64,000 bases of DNA. It comes from Octopus vulgaris (Eukaryota). The DNA is taken from assembly GCA_951406725.2 (NCBI GenBank), contig OX597835.1:10478001-10542000 (forward strand), written 5' to 3'. Below, piece by piece: positions 1-12,644 of this stretch (positions within the stretch are counted from its first letter, which is position 1; each line of letters starts with the position of its first letter). Under the pieces are notes generated by a model. That model was not told the origin of the DNA, did no database searches, and was given only the letters and a program-made list of their open reading frames with translations. The position numbers and the translations under genes are program-made.

Positions 1-904
1 AATCAATTATATCAACCCCAGTGTTCAACTTGTACTTATTTTATCGACCCCAAAGGGATGAAAGGCAAAGTTGATGTCAGCGGAATTTGAACTCAGAACG
101 TCAAGACGGTCAAAATGCTGCCAAGCATTTTGCCCAGCATGCTAACGATTCTGCCAGCTCATTGCCCTAATTATTGAGAATATTCTGTTCTGCTATAGGC
201 ACAAGGCCTGAAATTTGTGGGGAGGGGCTAAGACAATTACATCGACCCCCAGTACTCAACTGGTATTTATTTTATTGGCCCTGAAAGGATGAAAAGCAAA
301 GCTGACCTCGGTGGAATTCGAACTCATAATGTAAAAATGGACAAAATTCCTCTAAGCATTTTACCTGGCATGCTAACGAGTCTGCCAGCACATTGCCTTA
401 ATTATTCAGAATGTTGTCAGATAGATCAGAGGTATGTGTCATGTGTGGAATTCTGAGTAATGATGTTGTGATTCACCGTTTTCTAATAAATTGGAATTCC
501 ACATCATGTATTGGTAATTCTTTTGTTTTGTAGACACCAGGATGTGGTGTGTATCATCACCATCATCATCATCATAATCAAATAATATCTATCATCATCA
601 TCATCATCATCAAATAATATCTATCATCATCATTATCATCATCATCATCAAATAATATCATTTTTTTTCTGTGGTGGGTCAGACAGAATCTTTTGAGGTT
701 AATTTTTTTACTGTTGGATGCCTTCCCTGTCACCAACCCTCACCTGTTTCCAAGCAAGGCGATGTTTCTGCATGGCCAGACATGTTTTCATGGTAGACTG
801 GACATGAACAACACTGCTTGTATGATGGTGATGCTCATTTACAGCAATCACATAAGATCAAAGCAAGGGGCCATTCATTTGTATATGTACATGCACATTC
901 TTTT

Positions 905-1305
905 ATTCTTTTTTTTCTTTTACTTGTTTCAGTCATTTGATTGTGGCCATGCTGGAACACCGCCTTTAGTCAAACTAATCGACACCAGGACTTATTCTTT
1001 GTAAGCCTTGTACTTATTCTATTGGTTTCTTTTGCCAAACTGCTAAGTTATGGGGATGTAAGCACACCAACTTCGATTGTCAAGTGATGGTGGGGGGACA
1101 AACACAGATACACAAACATATACATACACACACACACACACACATATATATATACAATGGGCTTCTTTCAGTTTCCGTATACCAAATCCACTCACAAGGC
1201 TTTGGTCAGCCTGAAGCGATAGTAGAAGACACTTGCCCAAGGTTCTATGTGGTGGGACTGAACCTAAGACCACATGGATAAGAAGTATGCTTCTAAACAC
1301 ATAAC
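905..1305 (-). mobile_element. ~400 bp tRNA/CORE-like SINE
   Basis: Reverse complement of the family at 17775. Confidence 0.8.
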
Positions 1306-1427
1306 CATTTATATTCAATTCAGTTCAATTCAATTCAATTTTTATTGGCTCGAAAAGCAAAAGCAAGGCCATGTAGGGGGACAGGGAGTTATGTACAGGG
1401 AAAGTGGTCATACAAAAATATATAAAG

Positions 1428-1686
1428 TGTGCCGGTGGCACGTAAAAAGCACCATCTGATCGTAGCCATTTGCCAGCCTCGTCTGGCACCTGTGCCAGTG
1501 GCACATAAAAAGCACCCACTATACTCACGGAGTGGTTGGCGTTAGGAAGGGCATCCAGCCATAGAAACATTGCCAGATCTGACTGGTGCAGCCTTCTGGC
1601 TTCCCAGACCCCAGTTGCACCGTCCAACCCATGCCAGCATGGAAAGCGGACGCTAAACGAAGATGATGATGATGATGATGATGATA
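1428..1686 (+). mobile_element. RTE LINE 3'-end fragment with (GAT)n tail
   Basis: Near-identical to the 3' UTR at 22300-22530. Confidence 0.85.
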
Positions 1687-2114
1687 ATTGTTGGTGGTGA
1701 CCATTTCTCATGTCTGAGGATTTCAGTTTTCTCCTGATTTAGTGGTTCTATCTTGGTGATGGCATTGATGACTGAAAATGCCAATTCTTGCTTAAAATGA
1801 GAAGGAACAACAATGCCAAGGAAGGGTTGTTGTTGTTGTTCTTGCTATATCTTGGGTTCTTTAGTATTTCCTTCAACTTTTTTTATTGACTTTGGAAAAA
1901 GATCAATTCCAGTGGTAATGGAATTCCACCTGTTGGAATGGTCCTTTCTCAGCTTCACTTTCCTAGTTTTACTTTGATGGATGTTCTTTGTAACAGCAGA
2001 AGATTTGTGTGTTTCAGAGATTCTGAGAGCAATGCTGTCAGGCGTCCAGTGCTCCTTGTTGGCCAACTATAACAGCAAGGTCAAAGAAGAGGATCCACAA
2101 TAAAATTTATATGT

Positions 2115-2148
<34 letters not shown>

Positions 2149-2339
2149 CCATATATATATATATCTACACCTATGCTGAACTATTGAGAAATCTACAGTT
2201 ACTCTATGCAGATTCTTGATAAATTAGGTTTCTCAAAACCAGAAAGGAGAAAGCTAATTTGAAGACTACAGATCTAATCCATCACAGGAACTGTAAAAAT
2301 CTGTAAAACTTTCCAGAAGTTTATCATTTTAATATATGT

Positions 2340-3038
2340 TTAACCCTTTCGTTACTGTATTTATTTTGAGATGCACTGCAGAATTTGGTAAAATAACTTA
2401 GTTATCATTAAAGCTAGTGTTAGGAACATAAATTGTGACTAAGGTTTGGTGGAAGATTTTAATTCAAAACTTATGGAAACAAGACATTTGTACTCAGAGC
2501 CAGTTTCAGCCAGGTTGGTATCAAAAGGGTTAAGAATTGTTTCTCTATTATATATTTTAACCCTTTTGTCACCATATTTCTGTTGAGATGCTCTGTGTTT
2601 CTTTCAATTAATTTTAAATATAACAAAGAATTTGGTAAAATAACTTAGTTATCATTAAGCTAGTGTTGGTAACATAAATTGTGACTAAGGTTTGGTGGAA
2701 GATTTTAATTCAAAACTTATGAAAACAAGACATTTGTACTCAGAGCCAGAGCTGGTTTCAGCTGGCTTGGTATCGAAAGGGTTAAGAATTGTTTCTCTAT
2801 TATATATTTTAACCCTTTTGTTACCATTTTGCTGTTGAGATGCTTTCTGTTTCATTCAATTTATTTTAAATATAACAAAGAATTTAGTAAAATAACTTAG
2901 TTATCATTCAGCTAGTGTTAGGAACATAAATTGTGACTAAGGTTTGGTGGAAGATTTTAATTCAAAACTTATGAAAACAAGACATTTGTACTACAGAGCC
3001 AGAGCCGGTTTCTGCTGGGTTGGTAATGAAAGGGTTAA
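2340..3038. mobile_element. Three tandem copies of a TTAA-flanked (piggyBac-like) MITE
   Basis: Each unit TTAA-CCCTTT...AAAGGG-TTAA, about 195-230 bp, separated by the same ~24 bp spacer. Confidence 0.75.
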
Positions 3039-3894
3039 TGTACGTATTCTCACGCATATAGTTGCATATCTAGACATGCTCATATATATTCAAATGACTG
3101 AAACAAGTTAAAGAGTAAAGAGTAGGAGTACACATATATAATAATGTGTGCACATACACACATATATATACATAAAATGTATATACTAAAGGAAGTCTAT
3201 ATAAGTACCCTTATCATTTTTCAGACCTTCTCAAATAGGTGAGGCCGATGTTTTCTTTGACCTTTGAAAGAAAAAAAAAATGGACTGGGAGAATGTCCGA
3301 GGGGGGGGTCATTTTAAAGAGGAAAAATTTAAGCAGAAGGGGTTTATGTGGGGGACATATATGAATGATAGCAGAATAATCTGTTCTGTCGGGGTTTCAT
3401 TTTAAAGAGGAAAAATTTAAAGGATTAAGCAGAAGGGGTTTATGTGGGTGACATATATGAATGATAGCAGAATAATCTGCTCTGTCGGGTGGTCTTGGGT
3501 ATTTTCATTAATCCTCTCCCCTCCCTGTGTTGTGTGTTTGTTTTGTTAGTCTTATTTTATTTTTAACCAGCGCAAAATCATTGTCACATTTTCTTCCTTT
3601 CTGAATAACCACCACCGCCACCATCATCATCATCATCATCAGCGTCATCGTCATCAAGAAATTCTGTGGTGGGAGGGAGATGGGTCTGAATGTAACAGAT
3701 TTGTTGTTTATTTAGACTTGGTGACATTATTACTGAGTTTGTAACATCAGTGCTGGTGTGGTGTGTGTGGTGTCTGTCTCTGATGGGAGGGGTTCGGTGG
3801 TGTTCGTGACGATGTGATTGTGTGGCCACCGCAGAAGAAAGTTTTACACTTTGAAATTATGCAAATAGTTCAGTCAGCAACATTAAAGTCATAC

Positions 3895-4400
3895 CTGCCC
3901 TTCCTCTTCTCCCTCCTCCCCTTCTCCCTACCACTTCTCCTTTCCCCCAGCTCTCCCTGCCTTTCTCTCTCTCTCTCTCCCTCTCTCTTCTCTCCTAATT
4001 TCTTGTTCTTTATTTCCTAATCCCTACGCATTACCTCTCTCTCTCTCTCTCTCCACCTGTCCATCTATCTGTCTCTTTCTCTCCCCTCTCTCTTTCTCTC
4101 CATCCCCACTCTCTTTCTCTCTCCCCTCTCCCTCCTCTCTCCCCTCTCCCCTTCTCTCTCTCCCTCTCCCTCCTCTCTCCCCTTCTCTCTCTCCCCCTCG
4201 CCCCTTCTCTCTTTCTTCCCTTATCTCCCTCCCTCTCCGTCCTCTCTCCCTTTCTATCTCTCTCCCCTCTCTTTTTCTCTCTCTCTCTCTCTTATATATA
4301 TATATATATATATATGTTCCCGTGTCTCTCTCTCTCTCTCTCTCTCTCTGTTTCTCTCTCTCTCTGTCTCTCCCTCCCTTTCCACCTCCCCCCCCCCCCC
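3895..4400. repeat. Polypyrimidine (CT-rich) low-complexity tract
   Basis: Direct reading. Confidence 0.92.
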
Positions 4401-4596
4401 GGTCATTTTCAAGTGTTGATATTCATGTTCGACAAATATCTTGACCAGATTTACAGAAGGAGGAAGAGAGATTCGTGAAGCCAGAGTAATCCTCACTTTC
4501 TCTAATTATTTTGCTGACACGAAGAAAAGAAAAGAAAAAAAAAGTTTGTTGGATGGGGTTTGGTGTGTGAAGAGGAGGTTTTATTTGCAATGGCCC

Positions 4597-4813
4597 AGGA
4601 GGCGCAATGGCCCAGTGGTTAGGGCAGCGGACTTGCGGTCGGAGGATCGCGGTTTCGATTCCCAGACCGGGCGTTGTGTGTGTTTATTGAGCGAAAACAC
4701 CTAAAAGCTCCACGAGGCTCCGGCAGGGGATGGTGGTGATCCCTGCTGTACTCTTTCACCACTCTAAAGGCGGTGCTCCAGCATGGCCGCAGTCAAATGA
4801 CTGAAACAAGTAC

Positions 4814-4840
<27 letters not shown>
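4597..4840 (+). mobile_element. tRNA-derived SINE (same head as 45565) with a foreign tail and poly(A)
   Basis: Head matches 45566; tail AAAGGCGGTGCTCCAGCATGGCC...GAAACAAGTA belongs to the other SINE family. Confidence 0.8.
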
Positions 4841-4845
<5 letters not shown>

Positions 4846-5428
4846 TGGAAGCAGGTCATTATAATTGTTGTATCTACAAATTCAGTCAAAGACAGACCTT
4901 GATCTTGCAGGATTTTGTAAGGTATCTTAAGTTCTTTGACAAAGTGTTGGAATTAGGAATTAATGGCAAAGATCTTTCGTTACATTAGAGAATGTAACGA
5001 ACCAATTTCAAAGAGAAAATCCTCAGATGTTTATCATCAGTATGTTTCCTTCTGTGTGTGTGTGTGTGTGTGTGTGTTTATACCTATTTCCTTATTACCC
5101 ACAAGGGGCTAAACACAGAGGGGACAAACAAGGACAGACATAGGTATTAAGTCGATTACATTGACCCCAGTGCATAACTGGTACTTAATTTATCGACCCC
5201 AAAAGGATGAAAGGCAAAGTCGACCTCGGCGGAATTTGAACTCAGAACGCAATGACAGACGCAATACCACTAAGCATTTCGCCCGGTGTGCTAATGTTTC
5301 TGCCAGCTTGCCGCCTTAAAATACCACTATATCAGTAGGTATATCAATGTGTGTGTGTGTGTGTGTATATACATGTGTATATGTGTATGTTTATTCCTCT
5401 ATATTAGTAAGTATATAGATGTATGTGT

Positions 5429-5702
5429 GGAGGCGCATGGCTCAGTGGTTAGAGCGTCGAGCTTACAATTGTGAGGTTGTGAGTTCGATTCCCGGATTGG
5501 GCTGCGTGTTGTGTTCTTGAGCAAGACACTTTATTTCATGTTGCTTCAGTTCACTCAGTTGTAGAAATGAGTTGTATCGGCCCCTTTGCTTTTCCCTTGG
5601 ATAACGTCAGTGGTGTGGAGAGGGGGAGGCAGTTATGCATGGGCGACTGCTGGTCTTCCATAAACAGCCTTACCCAGACTTGTGCCTTGGAGCGGAACTT
5701 TG
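5429..5702 (+). mobile_element. tRNA-derived SINE with Meta/V-like central domain
   Basis: A box TGGCTCAGTGG, B box GAGTTCGATTCC, then GTGTTGTGTTCTTGAGCAAGACACTTT. Confidence 0.7.
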
Positions 5703-6405
5703 TATGCATCATATGCATACACCCACATTATATCATGCACACAAACATCATGCTATTCTTCAGCCCAACATGGTTTGGAAAGACCCTAGGCACTAAAACC
5801 ATTCCTTAGGCTGCCTAGAGACAAAACAGATTGTTAAAACAATTACTGTGTATTTGTTATCTCGTCACAGTTTTTCTTATCTCACATATGTGATCTTCCA
5901 TAAATTTGAAAGAAACACATTTATCTATTGTTTCCATATTAATTAATATTCATTTGTTTTCTTTGATAAGTTAAATTAAAAGCAGACTAGATTTGTTTAA
6001 TACCAAATCTTGTTGTTAAACTATGATAATAACACCAACTCATTTGCTTAACAGCTATTAACAAGAACATATCATCTTCTTTAAAGGTGTTGTTGGTAAT
6101 TCCCCTTTGTTTTGTCATGGGATAGAGTAACTGTGGTGTAATTATTGTGAAATGGTTTAATCCTTAAGAAGGTATTCTATCAGTAAATACAGATAATCAC
6201 TATAAGCAACAGGAGCACTGTATAGATAATGACTGTCTGGCTAACTTGGTGAGATTCTCGAACAAAAAACAAAATATATATTTTGGAGGGAGTGAGCTTA
6301 TATGAACACAAACATTTGATCTCTATAAACAAATCATCTTTGTGGTTGTTCAGCAAGACATTGCCAAATCCTCATGTGTCGTCTAACAACAGGAGAGTCC
6401 ATGAC

Positions 6406-6461
<56 letters not shown>

Positions 6462-6467
<6 letters not shown>

Positions 6468-6866
6468 GTAAAAAGTGAAAGAACTACAGAAGGCTTAAAG
6501 GTTAAAGAAAATATATATATTTGCGTCAATATGTCTGAAGAATATTAAAAATTTTTTTCCCTTACAATGACATAGTTTAGAAGAAAGACCGGTTTCGCAT
6601 TTAGCTTTTCAAATTTCTTACAACGTTATGTTTATCTTGAACAGAGTTATCTTTATGTTAAACATAAACATAAAGATAACTCTGTTCAAGATAAACATAA
6701 CGTCGTAAGAAATTTGAAAAGCTAAACGCGAAACCGGTCTTTCTTCTAAACTATGTCATTGTAAGGGAAAAAAAATTTTTAATATTCTTCAGACATATTG
6801 ACGCAAATATATATATATTTTTTTAACCTTTAAGCCTTCTGTAGTTCTTTCACTTTTTACTATTTT
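6462..6866. repeat. Near-perfect DNA palindrome, ~200 bp arms
   Basis: Arms are reverse complements with few mismatches, centre near 6660. Confidence 0.95.
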
Positions 6867-7175
6867 CTATATATTCAACCACATGCTTTCACAAACCAAC
6901 TTTCTTATCTATATATATATATATATATATATATACTTTTTTTTATTAAAGCTGTAAAGACATCACAAAAAACTGTGACTCAGAGTTTCATGTTGCCATT
7001 CATTGGACATTTGTGATCCACAACTCTCTGATGAACGGGAATGTGAGTCACGATTTTTTTGCGATGTTTTTGTAGGCATATCACTCTACCTTTGGTATTC
7101 GAGTACTATTTTTTCCACCTTGTTTTGCATTTATGTGCTTATTCGTGTGTATGTGTGTGTGTGTATAAATATATA

Positions 7176-7633
7176 CAGGTTATCATTGACTTATGACCTA
7201 TCTGACTTATGACTGATCGACTTCATGATGATTCGCATTCCAGCTCCTGGCGGCAATGATAAATAGTCCAGTTGAAATGTAACGAGTTTAATTTCTTGGA
7301 ATTTAACCCATCTATGGATGATATCAGCTAACAAACGCTTCCCCTGGGTTTGGTTATCGATCACCACCGTGTTGGATGACTATCCTGTCACGGAGACATT
7401 GAGGCAGCCTCGTATTTGTTTATAAGACAACTGCTTGAGACTCTGAAATTTTTGACTAATGCCAGTATAATAGTATAATGCAGAATACTGTGTGTGACTT
7501 TTATCTCAGAATTTACCTTAAGAACGTAAAAATATAAAATAAAGTTATGTAGACTTTTAGGCCGACTTAGGACCAAATTGACTTACAACCAGTCAGTTGG
7601 AACCAACTGTGGTCGTAAGTCAATGACAACCTC
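7176..7633. mobile_element. Tigger/pogo-like MITE
   Basis: TIRs CAGGTTATCATTGACTTATGACC ... GGTCGTAAGTCAATGACAACCTC, preceded by TA; subterminal GACTTA repeats. Confidence 0.72.
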
Positions 7634-7750
7634 TGTGTGTGTGTGTATATATTTATATATATATATATATATATATAATTAGGTGAATGAATTATCCTAT
7701 GTTTATCGTCAGCATGGAAAATTCGTTTGTTGTTGAGAGAGGCTCCTTTT

Positions 7751-7832
7751 CTTTCCTGATGAGAAAATTGCATAATGCACCCTTTATTCCTTCGGAATGA
7801 AAATATGCTATCTTCGAAACATGTGTCGAGAG
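7751..7832 (+). ncRNA. Type I hammerhead ribozyme motif with intact catalytic core
   Basis: Stem I CTTTC/GAGAG, CTGATGA (7756-7762), long stem II, GAAA (7816-7819), short stem III, GTC cleavage triplet (7825-7827). Confidence 0.7.
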
Positions 7833-7876
7833 TAAAGGAATTTTGTTAACATCTTTGTTCGACTCCATTCTTTCAT

Positions 7877-7909
<33 letters not shown>

Positions 7910-8072
7910 AAGGTTTAGGCAAAAAAATTTGCTTTACCACACACTGAATTTTAGAAATAGCAGCCAAAGAATCTAGCTATTTCTTCTACTGTAAGAAACA
8001 ACTCCCAGACAATATATGCTCAAAAAACGGTAAAGGGTAAAATTAATTAATTAATTAATTAATTTTACCCTT

Positions 8073-8106
<34 letters not shown>

Positions 8107-9310
8107 TGTCCTGGTTTTGTTACCATTTTTACCCCTCTGCGAAAAGATCTCAAATTTTAATTGATTTGCTTTTCGCAGGAAGGAAAGTTTCTTATCGAAG
8201 ATACGTCTCGCCTTCACCTTCGAAATGTAGAGTAGATGAAACCATGGCGACTGAAGAAGGGGTTTTTTCTTTGTGTTAATTGTCCTGTACTCTATTTTTT
8301 TGTTGTTTAAAAAAAATGTCCAGTTCCTTGGGTTTGTGTCTATGTTTTCGTTTCTCATTGTGTTCGACGTTTTTTTGGTGTCCTGTACTCATATATGCGT
8401 GTATATGTACATGTAGAGGTAGGTACGTACATATATGTTTATATATATATATGTTTTATTTATTAATATTTATTTATTAATATATATATATATATATATA
8501 TATAGGTACATAGAGAGTTGTTGTGGTGTTGTGCTGAAAAACTAATTATTTTGTAGTTGAGATATAAGGCCAGAAATTTTGAGTGAGAGTGGTAAATGAT
8601 ATAGTAACAACACACACACACACACACACACCCATTCAACTTTATTGAATTAGTATCCTGGTCACTTTCAGTTTGACATGTCAGGCGTCTAACCTATTAA
8701 TTGATTTTGATTGATCATATTTCTGGCACCATATGTTACCTGGAGGTAATTGAATGATTGGCTTTAAAAATGTTGAGATTACAATCATCATCATCATCAT
8801 CATCATCATAATTATTCTAAGGTTCCCTTTTGAATGGATGAAACAACCATCATGTGATTTCAAGACAGGGAGACACTAAGACTCCCCCACCCAACCCCAC
8901 CCTCCATGCAAGTTGGCGCTAATATTGTTATGAACTCTGTGTGCAAACATGAAGGCATGCTGGCAAAATGCCACTCCTGTAAATGGAAACCTTACCTGTC
9001 GTTGTGGTTTTATGGCAAGGAGCAAAGCAGGTGTGCTTGTCCACTCAAGAAAAACATGTAAATGACCCGGAAGCACTCAAGCAAACTGAGTCCTCAACTT
9101 GACCCATTTTGCCAAAAGCTTTGCAAGGCATCAGCAGGCCTCAAGAGACACGTGCATGTCCATAGAACATGATTACCATTTCATTTTACTGAACCCTCAT
9201 TTGTCATTCACAATGAGAGAATCCATCATATATATGTATGTATGTGTGTATATATATATATATGAATGTGTATATATATATATGTGTGTATGTGTTTGTA
9301 TATATGTATA

Positions 9311-9353
<43 letters not shown>

Positions 9354-9545
9354 GTATATACATATAGTGAGATTCTTTCAGTTTCCATTTACAAAATCCG
9401 CTCTTGAGGCTTTTCTTTTCCCGGGACTATAGTAGAAGACACTGGCCCTAGATGCCCTGCTGTGGGACTGAACCTGTGGTCACATGGTTGAGAAGCAAGC
9501 TTCTTCACCACCCAGCCACCGTATGAAAATATATATATATATATG

Positions 9546-9737
9546 GCATGTAAAAAGCACCCACTACACTCTTGGGGTGGTTGGCGTTAGGAAGGGCATC
9601 CAGCTGTAGAAACTCTGCCAGATCAAGATTGGAGCCTGGTGCAGCCATCTGGTTTGCCAGCCCTCAGCCAAAATCATCCAACCCATGCTAGCATGGAAAG
9701 CAGACGTTAAACGATGATGATGATGATGAGGGTGATG
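9546..9737 (+). mobile_element. RTE LINE 3'-end fragment
   Basis: AAAAAGCACCCACTACACTC...GACGTTAAAC(GAT)n. Confidence 0.85.
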
Positions 9738-9794
9738 ACGTATATACATGTGCACACAAACACATACACACAAACACATACACACAAACACATA

Positions 9795-10202
9795 CTCGTT
9801 TACTTCTTTCAGTCATTTGACTGCGGCCATGCTGGAGCACCGCCTTTAATGGGGCAAATCGACCCCGGGACTTATTCTTTGTAAGCCCAGTACTTATTCT
9901 ATCGGTCTCTTTTGCCGAACCGCTAAGTGACGGGGACGTAAACACACCAGCATCGGTTGTCAAGCAATGCTAGGGGGACAAACACAGACACACAAACATA
10001 TACACACACATGCACATATATATGTATACATATATACGACAGGCTTCTTTCGGTTTCCGTCTACCAAATCCACTCACAAGGCTTCGGTCGGCCCGAGGCT
10101 ATAGCAGAAGACACTTGCCCAAGGTGCCACGCAGTGGGACTGAACCCGGAAGCATGTGGTTGGTAAATAAGCTACTTACCACACAGCCACTCCTGCGCCT
10201 AT
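9795..10202 (-). mobile_element. ~400 bp tRNA/CORE-like SINE
   Basis: Full-length reverse-complement copy. Confidence 0.85.
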
Positions 10203-10504
10203 GTGTGTGTATGTAGTTATGAGGAAAGTGGCTTAGAATGTGTGTCTTGCAGGTGAGGAGATACATGGCTACTCCTGTTGGAAAAGAATGGCCATACTGG
10301 GGCAGGGCAATACTTTGATGGGTTTTTAGTCTATAAAATTTACCTCAGTACTTATTTTTTTAATGTCGGGTTCTCATTCAATCAGTCACCATTTGCCAAA
10401 CTGCTATGTTATAGAGATGTAAACAAATCTGCATTTGTTGTCAGAGAATGAGGGACAAACACAAATGCATGCATGAGCATATGGACATACACATGCACAA
10501 AAAA

Positions 10505-10806
10505 ACATTCGAGCGAGGTCGTCGCCAGTGCCGCTGGGCTGGCTCCTGTGCAGGTGGCACATAAAAAGCACCATTTGAGCGTGGCTGTTGCCAGTACTAC
10601 CTAACTTGCCCTTGTGCCAGTGGCACGTAAAAGCACCCACTACACTCTCGGAGTGGTTGGCATTAGGAAGGGCATCCAGCTGTAGAAACTCTGCCAGATC
10701 AAGATTGGAGTCTGGTGCAGCCATCTGGTTCGCCAGCCCTCAGCCAAAATCGTCCAACCCATGCTAGCATGGAAAGCGGACGTTAAACGGTGATTATGAT
10801 GATGAC
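10505..10806 (+). mobile_element. RTE LINE 3'-end fragment
   Basis: Same 3' UTR with two subrepeats and tail. Confidence 0.85.
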
Positions 10807-11739
10807 GTATATACATGTGCACACAAACACATACACACAAACATATGCACACACATGCACATATATACACATATATACGACAGGCTTCTTTCGGTTTCCG
10901 TCTACCAAATCCACTCACAAGGCTTCGGTCGGCCCGGGGCTATAGCAGAAGACACTTGCCCAAGATGCCACGCAGTTGGACTGAACCTGGAACCATGTGG
11001 TTGGTTAGCAAGCTACTTACCACACAGCCACTCCTGCGCCTATGTATGTATTGATCGTCAAATATAGGAATAGCAATCTGAGTCAAATTCATTTTTGTGA
11101 AAGAGAGAACCAAAGCTTTTAAATGGAATTATTAACGTTTCTTTTGAAGTATAAGTTTGACTGGTCTTCTAAACCATTGCTGGAAGAGCAGTGTTCTGGC
11201 TAAACCACTGTACTTATTGACATAATTTAGGCTGTAGCTAGGTTATATAATAATCGGTCAACCGTAAAAGTATCCAGGTCTGTTGTTATGGTTGAGTGGA
11301 TCTAGAATTTCATTGATACTTCAGAAATCTTCCAAATATAATTATAGTCGTATTTTTAGGTGGGGAATCAAACTCTGTGTTCTGCAGGTTGTTTTAATTT
11401 TAGCTGTTGATAAATAGGTGCCTTGTTTTTTTCTAGTAGTGTTTATTGTTTTAGTGACTTATCACCTGGAGGGCTGGTGGGTGGGTGGGTAGGTGGGATT
11501 TATATTTTGTATCATGAACCAGGAGTTAAATAGTTCTTGGTTACAATACTGGGCATGAAATACAAACTGATGATGTCTCAAGATTGCCTGATATGCTGGT
11601 GGTGTATCATCATCATCATCCTCATCCTCATCATCATCGTCATAACCATCATCCTCATCATCATTGTCATCATTGTCATCAAAATAGTATCGGTATCATC
11701 ACCATCATGATCATCATCACCATCATGATGATCATCATC

Positions 11740-12215
11740 ATCATTGTTTGACCGTGGTTGAGACAATGGAATTTACCACGCTACGCCAGACTTCACGGTC
11801 CATCATAGCATTACGGAGGTCTTGTTACTGGATGCCTGTATCCCTGGAGATTACATCAGGGTAGGAGAGTGTGCGCCCTCTGGTATTGCGAGTAGATGGC
11901 TTCCAGAGGAGAAGAGTAGAAATTGCTTCGTTTTCAGCTCTACAACAATGTCCAACAAACTGGACTCTCCTACCTTTCACAAGAGATGACACAGGTGGTA
12001 GTTTCCCATATATTTGTACTTTGGTTGGATGACGCTTCCACGAGAGATTTTGAGCTCTCATAAGGAGGCGAGTGTAGGTTCCATCCAACCGCCTCTCAAG
12101 CTTCTTTGATAACGTCCAGGTTTCTGAGCCATATAGTAGAATTGGTTCGACTGTGGCTTTGAATATTTCAAGTTTGAAGTCTCTACTTAGATTTGATGAC
12201 CAGATCTTATGCTTG
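11740..12215 (-). mobile_element. Second RTE-like LINE family, 3' fragment
   Basis: Near-identical to 29249-29666 on the opposite strand, embedded in (CAT)n. Confidence 0.88.
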
Positions 12216-12644
12216 TCATATCATCATCACCATCATCAGTGTTGTCATCATCATCATCAACATCACCTTCACAAGGCCTCTGAGATTAGTGGGTGAGAGA
12301 GAGAGAGAGAGAGAGAATTAGGAAGTTGTCCTGAAGCCAGAGACCTGGCTCAAATGTGTTCCACAGAGTTAATCCCTCTGTTTAAGGTGCCCAGGGTCCC
12401 AGATGATAATGTTAAAATGGGAGGCAGATTAAGTCTCCCACCCAAGTAGGCCACAGTGGGATTTGAGCTCAGGAGCTTCAGAACGCCATGAGCCGGAACA
12501 AAGCACAGCTAGATATCTTGTTCACTGGTTCCAGCAATCCACCATCTTAGTCTGGTATTTTCTTGATTGACCCCAGAAAAGTAAAAGGCAAAGTTGACCT
12601 TGGTAGGATTTGAACTCAGAACTCAACAGACCAGAATGAATACC

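Noticed and set aside
1084-1281. Recurring peptide [27 protein letters not shown] as a gene family
   Set aside because: Antisense translation of the ~400 bp SINE.
1325-1711. Recurring peptide LDALPNANHSVSVVGAFYVP as a gene family
   Set aside because: Antisense translation of the RTE 3' UTR.
4597-4672. tRNA genes (also 5429, 32676, 34263, 45566)
   Set aside because: A/B boxes are present but acceptor stems are poor and they continue into SINE bodies; SINE heads.
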